A stretch of DNA of 64,000 nucleotides from a bacterium (GCA_043771335.1 JAYVHM010000001.1:92901-156900), one strand, 5' to 3'; shown: positions 30,817-41,290, numbered from the stretch's first letter. Notes: generated from the sequence alone by a model not told the origin. A program made the numbers and translations.

Positions 30817-31479
30817 TTATGGTTGAAATGAACATTCTCCTGATTTTGTTTCTACTTGACCATAATTATAAATTACAATACATTTTTTGTAATAATTACC
30901 TGGCCCTGTCTGCAATAATTCTATATAACCTTTGTCAAAAAAATTATATATACCAGACCCTAAAAAAGTCTCTGAGTAATCAGTCATATTCGCAGCGATA
31001 GAAGGTCTAACAAAAGTAACAGAAAAATTATTTACGCCATTAACTCCACATTTTTTTGATGAAGAAGTATTTTTAACACAAATATCTGAAACTTTTACGT
31101 TATTTTGTACTGTATTTATTTTAGAGATAAGATCTGAAGGGTCAGTACTAGTCGAAAAAACTCTATCACTTTTCAATGTACCTAGATAATCCAAGGTTGA
31201 GGTCGCATCCAAAAACTCTGTAAAAGTTATTCCATTTCTAGAGAAAAAAACTCCATCTCCAGAATAACTTCCTCCACGAGATGAGCCGCTTATCTGGGCT
31301 GATTTTACAATTGATACTATCTCCTGAGCAGCATTACTAAATGCTAACGCCTGAGTTAGTTTTGGATAATTATAAAAAGAAATACTCATCATAATCCCAA
31401 AAATAACCACATTAACCATTACCTCTATCAAAGTAAAACCTTGATTTTTAAACTTTTTATTTTTAACGAATAATTTCAT
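30817..31479 (-). CDS. Type IV pilin-like protein
   Basis: KNQG-FTLIEVMVNVVIFGI class III signal. Confidence 0.6.
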   Translation of the reverse strand: MKLFVKNKKFKNQGFTLIEVMVNVVIFGIMMSISFYNYPKLTQALAFSNAAQEIVSIVKSAQISGSSRGGSYSGDGVFFSRNGITFTEFLDATSTLDYLGTLKSDRVFSTSTDPSDLISKINTVQNNVKVSDICVKNTSSSKKCGVNGVNNFSVTFVRPSIAANMTDYSETFLGSGIYNFFDKGYIELLQTGPGNYYKKCIVIYNYGQVETKSGECSFQP

Positions 31480-32242
31480 ATAGACTTAGTATGTCTGACT
31501 TGGTATATAAGACAAACACAGCAGCAATTATTATAAAAGGAGTAAAGGGTATTTCGCTCTTAAGTCCATACTCTTTTTTGTGAGTCAAAATGAGAACAAG
31601 AGACACGAAAGCTCCGAGCCATATAGAGTAGAAAAAAGTAGTAACACCCATAGGTAGACCAAGAATAAAACCAAAAGCAATATATAACATCACATCTCCG
31701 AATCCAACCCATTTACCTTTTGAAAAGAAATACATAAGAGCAAAAGGTGCCGCTACTATTAATCCAGATATAGCATCTAGAAAAACAAAACCGTTCTGGA
31801 CTTGTCTATATGCAGTAAACACTACACCGATAGCTATAAGGATAGACGCCATCTCAAAAGGCACAATAGTGTGTCTCAAATCATAAATCATAATAGACAT
31901 AGAGATACATATAATCACAGACCAGATAACAAAAATAGACAACTGTTCATAAAAGTTATTAGTATAAGATAAGACTACACTAGCGAGCGCTGCTATTAAT
32001 AGACCAGAGACTATCTCACTCCAGAGATAAACCTGAGATAGTCTAGTCTTGCAGAACTTACATTTTCCTTTTTGATATAAATAGGATAATATTGGAAATA
32101 ACTCTTTCCATGATAATTTTTTAGAGCAAGTAAGACACTCACTCCTACCTCCCCATATAGATTTGACTCTAAGTCTGTCAGCTACAAGATTCGAAAAGCT
32201 TCCCAGCGCTGCCCCATAAATAAATGCAAATAATGTTATCAT
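31463..32242 (-). CDS. pilD: Prepilin peptidase (A24 family)
   Basis: N-terminal CxxC...CxxC Zn motif (CLTCSKK...CKFCKT) and polytopic membrane domain. Confidence 0.8.
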   Translation of the reverse strand: MITLFAFIYGAALGSFSNLVADRLRVKSIWGGRSECLTCSKKLSWKELFPILSYLYQKGKCKFCKTRLSQVYLWSEIVSGLLIAALASVVLSYTNNFYEQLSIFVIWSVIICISMSIMIYDLRHTIVPFEMASILIAIGVVFTAYRQVQNGFVFLDAISGLIVAAPFALMYFFSKGKWVGFGDVMLYIAFGFILGLPMGVTTFFYSIWLGAFVSLVLILTHKKEYGLKSEIPFTPFIIIAAVFVLYTKSDILSLYEIIR

Positions 32243-32335
32243 AATATATATTTCTTATTTTAATTTTAACACAAAAAAGACAAAGAAAAACTGCAGTTAT
32301 GCACTGCAGTTTTTCTTATTAAAGAGAATTCTATA

Positions 32336-32971
32336 TTATGGAACTAAATCAAATACACAATCCGCCGAAGTACTAGCATTTACTTTATTAACACAAGCTT
32401 CTGATACTCCTAATCTAGGTTTTCCTGCACCATTAAAGTCTGAGTTTACATATGTATATGTAGAACTGGCAACTAATGTATTAATGTTTACAGTCGGTCC
32501 TGTTGTTAAGGTAACAGTTGGTGTGGTAGTAGAAAGGTCAGCATCGAGGCGAAGTGCAGCATTGTCAACTTCTAGTTCTGACCAAAGCTGATAAGCTGCA
32601 CAAGTGTTAGAGTAAACAACACTAGCAACAACTGCTGGCTGATAAGTGTTACACTCAAGACCTGCATAAAAATAAACCTGGTTAGCTACGTCTGTGAATC
32701 CATTAGGTAGACGATTACCTGTAGCTGATGCCCAGGTACGAAGAGTTGCTTCGTCAGCAGGATAACGTAAACTAGTATCTATACCAGTTGTAGTTAAGAA
32801 TGTCTGCATACCTCTTAATTCTGTCATTTTTTTTGCGTCACGAGCCTTTGCGAGAGCTTGAATAAAGTTAGGTAAAACTATAACCGCTAAGATACCGATA
32901 ATAGCAATTACGATTACGAGTTCTAGTAATGTAAAACCTCTTGCTTTTTTAAATAATTTAAATAATTTCAT
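32336..32971 (-). CDS. pilA: Type IV major pilin
   Basis: KKARG-FTLLELVIVIAIIGILA canonical prepilin N-terminus; C-terminal Cys pair (D-region); locally higher GC than neighbours. Confidence 0.7.
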   Translation of the reverse strand: MKLFKLFKKARGFTLLELVIVIAIIGILAVIVLPNFIQALAKARDAKKMTELRGMQTFLTTTGIDTSLRYPADEATLRTWASATGNRLPNGFTDVANQVYFYAGLECNTYQPAVVASVVYSNTCAAYQLWSELEVDNAALRLDADLSTTTPTVTLTTGPTVNINTLVASSTYTYVNSDFNGAGKPRLGVSEACVNKVNASTSADCVFDLVP

Positions 32972-33081
32972 TTGATTTGATTTTTAATACAAATAATATA
33001 AACTTGTATAAGTATATTATACTCTTAATTAATGCTTACTAATGGCACTTATCCACAAAAGACAAAAGACGTATATTATTG

Positions 33082-34290
33082 CTATTGTATAGAGCTGGCG
33101 ATATTATACATAGGTATGAGTACCGAAGCCATGAGAAGTCCCACTCCACCACCAAGACCAACAATCATAATTGGCTCAATGAGGGCAACAGTAGAATCTA
33201 TAGTCTGATCAAGTTCACGCTTGTAAAACTTTGCTACATTTTTTAACATATAACCCAGCTTACCTGTCTCCTCACCAATACGTGTCATCTGCACCATAAT
33301 ATTTGGAATCATCGGCTCTTCTGCCAGGGCCATAGATAATACTTTACCTTCTTTTACTTTTTCTGAAACTCTTTCAAATACTTTTTTAAATACATAATTA
33401 TCAACTACATCAGCTGTGATTTGTAAGGCTTGAACTATTGGTACTCCAGAACCTATCATAGTATCTATATTATCAGCAAAACGAGAAAGATATAATTTTT
33501 TATAGAGACTACTAACAAAAGGAATCTTTAATTTGAAAGTATCAAATGCAGCTTTTCCGTCTGGAGTTTTTATATAAGCATATGTATAATAAGCAAAAGA
33601 AATAGAGGCAGGAATAAGTATGTAATAATAATGTCTTATTAGATTAGAGAATCCTAATATAATTTTTGTAAAAGTTGGAACTTCTTGACCTTGTTCGATT
33701 ATAAGATTAACCATTTTTGGTAAAACAACTAATGCCATAACCATCATAACTGCAATGAAAGTAACAATAACAAAAGCTGGGTAAGTTAAGGCTTTTTTAG
33801 TTTTTTGTATCAACTCATAATTACGCTCCATATGATCTGCTAAATATTCAAAAGTTTCTTTTAATTTTCCTGTCTCTTCACCACTACGCACCATAGATAT
33901 AAAGAATGAGTCAAAAACATCAGAATGACGAGACATTGCCTTGTATACTTGCATACCAGACTGCAAATCATCACCGATAATCTTATATCTTTCACACAAG
34001 CCAACCGAAGGAGATTCGGTAGAGAGTAATCTAAAGGCACGTAATATCTGCACTCCACCACCCACGAGAGTAGACAATTGCTTTGTGGCTAACACTATAT
34101 CTTTGTTAGTTATTTTCTTATTGAATCTGTCAAAAATGCTTCCTTCAGAAGCCACTAGTGTCTCCTCTACATTAATAACTATATTACCCTCTGCCTGCAA
34201 CTTGGTTATTACATTTTCACGACTAACATCCTCAGTGTAACCTTCTCTTATACTTGTATCTTGTGCGAAAATCTTATATTTATATTTCAT
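33082..34290 (-). CDS. pilC: Type IV pilus inner-membrane platform protein (GspF/PilC family)
   Basis: Duplicated T2SS-F domains with three TM segments. Confidence 0.85.
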   Translation of the reverse strand: MKYKYKIFAQDTSIREGYTEDVSRENVITKLQAEGNIVINVEETLVASEGSIFDRFNKKITNKDIVLATKQLSTLVGGGVQILRAFRLLSTESPSVGLCERYKIIGDDLQSGMQVYKAMSRHSDVFDSFFISMVRSGEETGKLKETFEYLADHMERNYELIQKTKKALTYPAFVIVTFIAVMMVMALVVLPKMVNLIIEQGQEVPTFTKIILGFSNLIRHYYYILIPASISFAYYTYAYIKTPDGKAAFDTFKLKIPFVSSLYKKLYLSRFADNIDTMIGSGVPIVQALQITADVVDNYVFKKVFERVSEKVKEGKVLSMALAEEPMIPNIMVQMTRIGEETGKLGYMLKNVAKFYKRELDQTIDSTVALIEPIMIVGLGGGVGLLMASVLIPMYNIASSIQ

Positions 34291-34296
34291 AATATT

Positions 34297-35367
34297 TTAA
34301 ATGAGTTGGTCAAACATTTTTGGATTCTTGGCAATACGCATAGCTTCATCCAGAGCTACATCACCACGAATAACTGCGTCAGCCAGACATCTGTCAAAAC
34401 TAATCATACCTCCAGTAGAACCAGTTTCTATTATATTATCTATCTCATGGGTTCTTTTTTCTCTGATAAGATTCTGCACCGCGCTATTAACTAACATCAG
34501 CTCGTATATTGGTATCATACCACCTCCTATTTTTGGTAAAAGTCTCTGTGAGAAAACTCCTATAAGAGAAGCGGCTAGCTGTGTCCTAACTTGATCTTGT
34601 TGATTAGCGCTAAAACTATCAATAATACGATCTACTGTCTGAGAAGCTGAGTTAGTATGTAGTGTTGAAAAAACAAGATGTCCAGTCTCAGCTGCTGTTA
34701 CTGCAGTTTTTATAGTGTCATTATCACGCATCTCACCTACTAATATAACATCAACGTCTTGTCTAAATGCTGCCTCCAGAGCAACGGTCGCCGTCGGAGC
34801 ATCTAACCCTATCTCACGCTGCATAATATAACTTTTTGCTGGTTCATGTATATATTCTATAGGGTCTTCGATGGTAGTGATCATTTTCTTTTCATTTTGA
34901 TTTATATGATTTACCATGGCAGCCAAAGTGGTAGACTTACCCTGACCTACTGGTCCCACTACTAAGAAGAACCCTTGATCACGTTTTGTTATCTCATATA
35001 TAACATCTGGAAGATTTAAATCTTTTATAGACTTAACTTTTGGTATAAGACGAAGCACCACAGCAACTGTATCCATTTGAAAAAATGCATGTCCTCTCAA
35101 TCTGTATTCATTATTATGAAAATAAGAAAAATCTATTTGCTGTTTTTCTAAAAACTCTTGATATTTTTTATCATTTATCATCTCACGTAGAATAGATACC
35201 GTGTCTGCTGATTTTAAAGCTGGAACTTTTGATATAGTGATTAGTTCACCATTAATTCTAACTGCTGGACTCATATTCACGACTAAGTGTATATCTGAAC
35301 CAGACTCTTTTACTAAAGTAAAAATTAAATTATTAAGTAGTTCTGTATAAGAAAAGTTTTCTTGCAT
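34297..35367 (-). CDS. pilT: Twitching-motility (retraction) ATPase PilT
   Basis: Walker A GPVGQGKSTT, Asp box and His box; about 350 aa, PilT-sized. Confidence 0.8.
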   Translation of the reverse strand: MQENFSYTELLNNLIFTLVKESGSDIHLVVNMSPAVRINGELITISKVPALKSADTVSILREMINDKKYQEFLEKQQIDFSYFHNNEYRLRGHAFFQMDTVAVVLRLIPKVKSIKDLNLPDVIYEITKRDQGFFLVVGPVGQGKSTTLAAMVNHINQNEKKMITTIEDPIEYIHEPAKSYIMQREIGLDAPTATVALEAAFRQDVDVILVGEMRDNDTIKTAVTAAETGHLVFSTLHTNSASQTVDRIIDSFSANQQDQVRTQLAASLIGVFSQRLLPKIGGGMIPIYELMLVNSAVQNLIREKRTHEIDNIIETGSTGGMISFDRCLADAVIRGDVALDEAMRIAKNPKMFDQLI

Positions 35368-35393
35368 ATTGTAATTATACTACAAATAACTTT

Positions 35394-37112
35394 TTATAAT
35401 CCATTGATTTCCACAAAAGGAATTATTCCTTCCATAGACTTTATCATAGCATCTTCTTTCATAAATATCATACCCTTACTTCTTGCTAATTTATATATAT
35501 CATCATCTGAAGCTTTTTGCACTATGGCATTTTGTACATCTGTATCTATGTCGAGAATCTCAAGCACAGGCACGCGACCTTTTGTTCCTGTTGGACATTC
35601 TTCAGCTGGCACGGCCTCATTAAAATCTCTATCCAGATTAATTTCCTTCTTATACACTTCTGGCAAATCAGCAAATTGTTTTTCTCTTATTGCTTTTATT
35701 ATTTCTGTGGTTTTGATTGGAGATACAGATTTTGGATATATTTGTGGTACTAAGCGCTGAGCAATAGCAAGACAAAGCGTAGGAGCTATCAAGTAAGGAT
35801 CTACGCCCATATCTGTAAGACGAGAGATAATACCAATACTATTGTTAGTGTGTATTGTAGAAAATACCAAGTGGCCAGTGAGGGCTGCCTGAATCGCTAA
35901 TTGAGCTGTCTCGGCATCACGTATCTCTCCCACCATAATAACGTCAGGGTCCTGACGTAATATAGAACGCAAACCAGAAGCAAAATCATAACCTATCTCA
36001 GGAAATATCTGAGACTGATTCATGTTTTCTACGTGATACTCTATAGGGTCCTCAAGAGACACTACATTTTTCTTCTCTCTATCTATTTCATTTATCATGG
36101 AATAGAGAGTTGTAGTCTTACCGCTACCCGTCGGACCACTTATAAGTATCATACCAAATGGCCTCTGTAATGCTTTTCTTATTTTCTCAAGATGGTCTTT
36201 ACTAAATCCTATATTTTCCAATTTCTTAACTCCACGATAACTGTCTAATATACGCATAACAATCTTCTCTCCGTAATAACCAGGCATACTGGAAACACGG
36301 AAATCTATTTTGTGTTTATTTAATTTTATAGAGAAACGCCCATCTTGAGGTTTACGCTTCTCATCTATTTTCATGTCACATAATATTTTTAACCTAGAGA
36401 TAAGATTAGCATGCATATTAGCTGGTAATAACAACTTCTCTATCAATATACCATCTATCCTATATCTTACTTTTACATTATCTCCGACATGCTCTACGTG
36501 TATATCACTGGCATTGATTTCTATCGCATCGTAAAGAATACTGTCGACTATTCTGTCTACTGAGTCATTTTTTAAGTCTATGTCTTTTACTTTTATAGCC
36601 TGAGAGATGTCATCTACCTCTTTTGAATTCAAATTCACATTAGATTTTACATCATTCAAAACAAAGCTAGTATCTTTTTGCAAATCATCTAGCTCATAAT
36701 ACTGCTTTAACCCTTCTTCGAACTCTGTATAACTAAGAAGACGTAGCTCGTACTTTACATTTTTTTCCAAACAATTTTTTTCTATAATGTTAAGCGACTG
36801 GTCTCTCTCGAAATCTAAAATACCTATAACTAGTTGATTATTCAAAAACTCAAGTGGTAAGACATGATTATCTCTTGCTATTTTTTCATCTATGTAGAAT
36901 ATGTCAGTTGCGTTGATTTGTATTTTTTTATTATACCCTAATATTCCCGATAGCTCAGATCTGATATTCTTGATTAGAACATCATCAATGCTTAATTTTC
37001 TAAGCTCATCATCAACAATAAGAGAAACACCCTCTTCTAATTTATTTTGTATATCACGAAGAGTAAGGTCATTGATTATATTTCTTTTTACTAATTCATT
37101 TAAGAGATTCAT
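35394..37112 (-). CDS. pilB: Type IV pilus assembly ATPase (GspE/PilB family)
   Basis: GSPII_E N-terminal domain plus Walker A ISGPTGSGKTTTL. Confidence 0.85.
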   Translation of the reverse strand: MNLLNELVKRNIINDLTLRDIQNKLEEGVSLIVDDELRKLSIDDVLIKNIRSELSGILGYNKKIQINATDIFYIDEKIARDNHVLPLEFLNNQLVIGILDFERDQSLNIIEKNCLEKNVKYELRLLSYTEFEEGLKQYYELDDLQKDTSFVLNDVKSNVNLNSKEVDDISQAIKVKDIDLKNDSVDRIVDSILYDAIEINASDIHVEHVGDNVKVRYRIDGILIEKLLLPANMHANLISRLKILCDMKIDEKRKPQDGRFSIKLNKHKIDFRVSSMPGYYGEKIVMRILDSYRGVKKLENIGFSKDHLEKIRKALQRPFGMILISGPTGSGKTTTLYSMINEIDREKKNVVSLEDPIEYHVENMNQSQIFPEIGYDFASGLRSILRQDPDVIMVGEIRDAETAQLAIQAALTGHLVFSTIHTNNSIGIISRLTDMGVDPYLIAPTLCLAIAQRLVPQIYPKSVSPIKTTEIIKAIREKQFADLPEVYKKEINLDRDFNEAVPAEECPTGTKGRVPVLEILDIDTDVQNAIVQKASDDDIYKLARSKGMIFMKEDAMIKSMEGIIPFVEINGL

Positions 37113-37114
37113 AC

Positions 37115-37429
37115 CTAAATAGAAAATGGATTATATCTTCCCTCATAACCTGATGGTGTGATTTTTGCATTTATATCTGTAGTATAGTTAAATATTCTCT
37201 CAAAAACAGCGTCAATTTTTGTAAAATCTATTCCTGTTTTTTTAAGATCTGCCAAAGTGTTAAACGACTTTGTAGACAAAGGATTCTCTACACTAGACTC
37301 ATAATTATTGTTCATAAAATCATATGTAAAGTATGATATGAGTATTGTTAAAATGAGGAGAGAAGAAGATAATTTAGATCTCTCTTGTGCAATATTTTTA
37401 ATTTTTTGTATATCATTTGTTAGTTTCAT
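37115..37429 (-). CDS. Small membrane-anchored hypothetical protein in the pilus operon
   Basis: 104 aa with a single TM. Confidence 0.3.
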   Translation of the reverse strand: MKLTNDIQKIKNIAQERSKLSSSLLILTILISYFTYDFMNNNYESSVENPLSTKSFNTLADLKKTGIDFTKIDAVFERIFNYTTDINAKITPSGYEGRYNPFSI

Positions 37430-37964
37430 AAGTTTCTATAGTTAAATTATAACCTAAAGTATTTTCTATTGGGTCAGTTGTTATGTTCAGGCTTTTTATG
37501 TTATAAAGCTCTAAACTAGTTTCTAATCTTTTCAAAAAATTAGAAAAAGCAAAATAATCTCCTGTCGCAGAAACGGTTAATATATGTGATTTTGTATTTT
37601 TAACTTGAACAGGCTTTGTAAATTTTATACTTGTAATTTTTAATTTATTTTCCTTTGCTAATATATCCAAATCATTAATATTTCTAATTATCTCTTTTTT
37701 TAATGGTATAGATTGCTCAAGCTTTGCTAGATAGTCTTGATTTATATTTTGATAACCAAAAACTTGTCCGTCAGTGTCTGAGCTTAGGCTCCTTGCTTTG
37801 TCAAGAGAGTCTGTAATGTTTTTGTTTTTATAATAACTCTGCACTGCCCCCTTTATTCCCAATGTTCCGTCTCCTAGACCATTATAAGCAGGTATGGCGA
37901 TAGAATAAATCATAAGCGCAGAGATAGATATCAATATCAAATTAATTAAATTTTTATTTATCAT
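37413..37964 (-). CDS. PilO-like pilus assembly protein
   Basis: N-terminal TM plus periplasmic domain; position between the pilN-like gene and pilB. Confidence 0.4.
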   Translation of the reverse strand: MINKNLINLILISISALMIYSIAIPAYNGLGDGTLGIKGAVQSYYKNKNITDSLDKARSLSSDTDGQVFGYQNINQDYLAKLEQSIPLKKEIIRNINDLDILAKENKLKITSIKFTKPVQVKNTKSHILTVSATGDYFAFSNFLKRLETSLELYNIKSLNITTDPIENTLGYNLTIETYETNK

Positions 37965-38665
37965 GGATTTTTAGTGATTACTGTAGTGCTAGAATTTAGA
38001 GTTGATGATGAATTAGTTTGAGTGCTGGTGCTGTTGGTATTTAATATTATTTTAATCGGTTTTTTAGAAGAATCATAAGATTTTTCTGATATGTCAAAAG
38101 CTAAACTTTTTACTTTTGTGTCTAATTCTATATCTAGTGAAAACTTGATACTTTCTGACCCGTCTTTTTCTGTAGAAGATAAGTCAGTAAGAGTTACTGA
38201 CTTTATAAAAGGTTTATACTTGTCAGATTTTAATCTGTCTGATTGTTTTATTATGTCTTCATAGGACTGTGCTACACCTTTTATATTTACATATCCTGAT
38301 TTAAATGTCTTATCAGAAAAATTCATATCAGTAAAATATGTATACTTTTCTATAGAGTCTGACAGTATAGCCAGCAAGACAGTTAGATTGTTCTTGTCTT
38401 TTTGAGTACCATCTACTATTGATATTCTATTAGAAAGTGCTGACATGTCGCTGAGAGGTTGTGTATTAAGCTTTTGATCTATGACACTTATCTCTTCCAG
38501 AGACTTCTGTGTCCTATACTCAAAAAAACGTCCTGCTGAGAAAAATAGTCCGGAGACCAGGAGAGATATTATCGCGAGAATTATTAGAAAAACTCTTAAA
38601 GAGTCTACTTCCACAGTCTGATTATCTAAAGTATTTACAAAGTTATTGCTTCTAATTGGTGGCAT
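37961..38665 (-). CDS. PilN-like pilus assembly protein
   Basis: Short cytoplasmic N-terminus, TM (LRVFLIILAIISLLVSGLFF), periplasmic domain; follows pilM. Confidence 0.45.
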   Translation of the reverse strand: MPPIRSNNFVNTLDNQTVEVDSLRVFLIILAIISLLVSGLFFSAGRFFEYRTQKSLEEISVIDQKLNTQPLSDMSALSNRISIVDGTQKDKNNLTVLLAILSDSIEKYTYFTDMNFSDKTFKSGYVNIKGVAQSYEDIIKQSDRLKSDKYKPFIKSVTLTDLSSTEKDGSESIKFSLDIELDTKVKSLAFDISEKSYDSSKKPIKIILNTNSTSTQTNSSSTLNSSTTVITKNP

Positions 38666-38676
38666 GTATTAAAAAA

Positions 38677-39717
38677 TTAATTAATGTCTGACATAGCAAG
38701 GCCTACAGCATTATTATATGTAGGAGAATTTTTGATAGCAAGATTTTTTATAGCTTCTGGCATAGAGAGTCTTTCAAAAGCATTTATTTTATTTATTTTT
38801 ACGCCTTCGAACTCTTTTTCTAAAAAAGCTAAAATATTATTAATCTTGGAACCTCCTCCACTAATATATATATTACTACATTTCACTTCAAATTTTATAG
38901 AAAAACTATTTTGCATGTGCATAACTTCTTCGCAAATATGATGCATGGTACTAAAAGCTATTTCAGAGGAAAGGTCTTTATTATTTAAAATATCTAAATC
39001 AAAAAACTTTTGATGAGCTTCTTTGTAATTCAGGGATAAGCCTACTTTTATATTCATAACTATTTCATTTATACCCTTTCTAAATGATTCTACTCCGGAG
39101 ATTTTATTATCCAAGATAAAAAGTATACTTGTCATACTCGCTCCAAAATCTATAACCATGCTCATGCCAGGATTATTATCTGTAATGTGTCTCATTAACC
39201 CGAATATACTTGGTTCTATTTTATAATTCTCTTTTTTAATAAAATTAGTAGCATAATTAATTCTCTCCACTTCTTTTGTTTTTACGGCGAGGACGAGGAC
39301 CCACAAAGACTCACTATTTTCTTTTATTATATTATGTGTTATAGATAATTCACTGATTGGAACTATGGTGTATCTTCTAAATTCTAATTCTATGAGATCA
39401 GCTAAAAATGTTTTAGACCTAACGGGGAACTTTATAATTTTCATCTGGCATGCTGACATGGGTATTCCTACTGTTATGTTTTTACAATCAGTTTTTGACT
39501 CATTATACATGTCTTGCATTGCGGTGCGTAGCTCATCGTCACCCAGCTTTACTGTGTCACCATTTTCTTTACCAGAATATTTACCTAGCTGTAATTCTGT
39601 GTAATTATTTAGAATGAGAGTGTCATTGTCTCTTGATATATCTACTAACTTTAAGCTAGACTCACCTATGTCTATGCCTATACTTCTTTTGTCTACTTTG
39701 TTAAATATATTAAACAT
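38677..39717 (-). CDS. pilM: Type IV pilus assembly protein PilM (actin-like ATPase fold)
   Basis: SIGIDIGESSLKLVDI N-terminal motif and actin-like fold length. Confidence 0.75.
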   Translation of the reverse strand: MFNIFNKVDKRSIGIDIGESSLKLVDISRDNDTLILNNYTELQLGKYSGKENGDTVKLGDDELRTAMQDMYNESKTDCKNITVGIPMSACQMKIIKFPVRSKTFLADLIELEFRRYTIVPISELSITHNIIKENSESLWVLVLAVKTKEVERINYATNFIKKENYKIEPSIFGLMRHITDNNPGMSMVIDFGASMTSILFILDNKISGVESFRKGINEIVMNIKVGLSLNYKEAHQKFFDLDILNNKDLSSEIAFSTMHHICEEVMHMQNSFSIKFEVKCSNIYISGGGSKINNILAFLEKEFEGVKINKINAFERLSMPEAIKNLAIKNSPTYNNAVGLAMSDIN

Positions 39718-39810
39718 ATTTTTATACTTAGAAAGATTTTCTATCTCTACTTATTTATATTATATATTATAAATAAGAAAATAATTAAAACATATACACA
39801 AACATAAAAA

Positions 39811-39842
39811 ACAAAAACAACTCGTAAGAGTTGTTTTTGTTT
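39811..39842 (-). terminator. Hairpin terminator (AAACAACTC-gtaa-GAGTTGTTT) with T-runs on both strands
   Basis: 9-bp stem with tetraloop; sits between the histone-like gene stop and the pilM start. Confidence 0.55.
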
Positions 39843-39862
39843 TAGAGTAATAATTTTTATTA

Positions 39863-40027
39863 TTATTTTCTCTTAGCCACTTTTTTAACAGCTTTTTTAG
39901 CAACTTTCTTTGCTACTGTTTTTTTAGCGACTTTCTTCACAGCTTTCTTGACTGCTTTTTTAGCAACCTTTTTTGCTGGAGCTTTTTTTGCAACTTTTTT
40001 AGCTGCTGATTTTTTTGCTACTGCCAT
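39863..40027 (-). CDS. Histone H1-like / Hc1-like basic protein (54 aa, AKK repeats)
   Basis: MAVAKKSAAKKVAKKAPAKKVAKKAVKKAVKKVAKKTVAKKVAKKAVKKVAKRK; below the ORF-track cutoff; has its own terminator. Confidence 0.6.
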   Translation of the reverse strand: MAVAKKSAAKKVAKKAPAKKVAKKAVKKAVKKVAKKTVAKKVAKKAVKKVAKRK

Positions 40028-40183
40028 AGTAATTATATAGATTTAAAACTTATGAGAGTGGGTGACTGATTGACCAAGATCATCTATCACTCTCTACTTA
40101 GTATTATTACATGTATAAAATATCTTGCAATAGTTATACACTAATTTCTCTGTGGATAACTCATAATTTTACAAAATATGTAA

Positions 40184-40206
40184 ATGCAAATGCGAAACAT
40201 TTGCAT
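40184..40206. promoter_or_regulatory. Perfect dyad ATGCAAATG-cgaaa-CATTTGCAT in the histone-like gene upstream region
   Basis: 9-bp inverted repeat with a 5-nt spacer; putative operator. Confidence 0.3.
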
Positions 40207-40244
40207 AATAAAAAAAGCATTAATATTTCTATTAATGCTTTGTT

Positions 40245-41174
40245 TTATTTTTGAGACCAGTTTTTTCCTCTTATTCCTCTTGGTTTTATATTCTTATCAA
40301 GTTGATATTCAGAATTGATACCAAAATTATTTCCAAAAACAGATCCAAATTCTTCTCTGTTCATAACTCTTACATTTTCTCTTGTATACGGTATTGAAAA
40401 ATCTTTTCTCACCAACATAAAATTTTTTCCATCTTTTAAAACTTTTAATAATGCCTCTCTCTTGCTTATGTCTGGATAATTTTTATTAACTACTTCCAAA
40501 TATATTTTTAAAAGTTCCAAAAGAGACATTTGCATAAAATAAGAATTAGAATATTCTAAGAGTTTTACATGTGTTGCGTTACGATTTATTGCAATCATTT
40601 TATCACGAAGTAAGTTAAATATTTCAGGACTTAACTTTCTTTTCATTTGAAAATAGTCATACAAAGATAATCCATTCATAAAAGCTTTTAACCTAACATT
40701 GTAGGAGCTCTCATATACTTCTTTATATCTTCTTTTAAGATCATACTTTGAAGAATCCTTTATGTACTCAAAACCATGTGATTTCAAAATGTTACAAATT
40801 GATTGTCTTGTTGCTCCTAATTTCCTAGAAACTTCAGATATCGTAGAGCCAGACTCTAGCTCCATCAAAATAAAAACTAAATCTTTATGTATTTTTGTTT
40901 CTTTAACTTCTGTAATTTTTTTTAATTTTTTACTAGAAGCCTTTTTCTTTTCAAGAGCTTTAAGGAAAACATGTTTATAATCATGGATATTTTCTGGTGA
41001 TAGATTTCTCCATTTTTGTGAGAAAAGAGAATAGCTAACCTTCAAATCTTTGCATATTTCTCGAAAATGTTTTTTACCTTTATTTTCTTCGTATATAGCT
41101 TTTGCTTTGGTTATTATCTCTAACCATCTATCTCTTGTAGTCTTCTGTTTAGAATTATCAAAATAGTCGGTCAT
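40245..41174 (-). CDS. Hypothetical protein with two HTH motifs (transposase-N / sigma-region-4-like) and no catalytic domain
   Basis: KHFREICKDLKVSYSLFSQKW and STISEVSRKLGATRQSICNILK; adjacent to tRNA-Thr. Confidence 0.4.
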   Translation of the reverse strand: MTDYFDNSKQKTTRDRWLEIITKAKAIYEENKGKKHFREICKDLKVSYSLFSQKWRNLSPENIHDYKHVFLKALEKKKASSKKLKKITEVKETKIHKDLVFILMELESGSTISEVSRKLGATRQSICNILKSHGFEYIKDSSKYDLKRRYKEVYESSYNVRLKAFMNGLSLYDYFQMKRKLSPEIFNLLRDKMIAINRNATHVKLLEYSNSYFMQMSLLELLKIYLEVVNKNYPDISKREALLKVLKDGKNFMLVRKDFSIPYTRENVRVMNREEFGSVFGNNFGINSEYQLDKNIKPRGIRGKNWSQK

Positions 41175-41290
41175 TTTTATCTCCTATAAAAAGTGCAACG
41201 TAGTTGAATTAAAAAATTATTTCTAAATAAATAATTAACCATAGACTAATATACTAACACATAGTCTTGTCTTAGTAAAGATTATTATTT

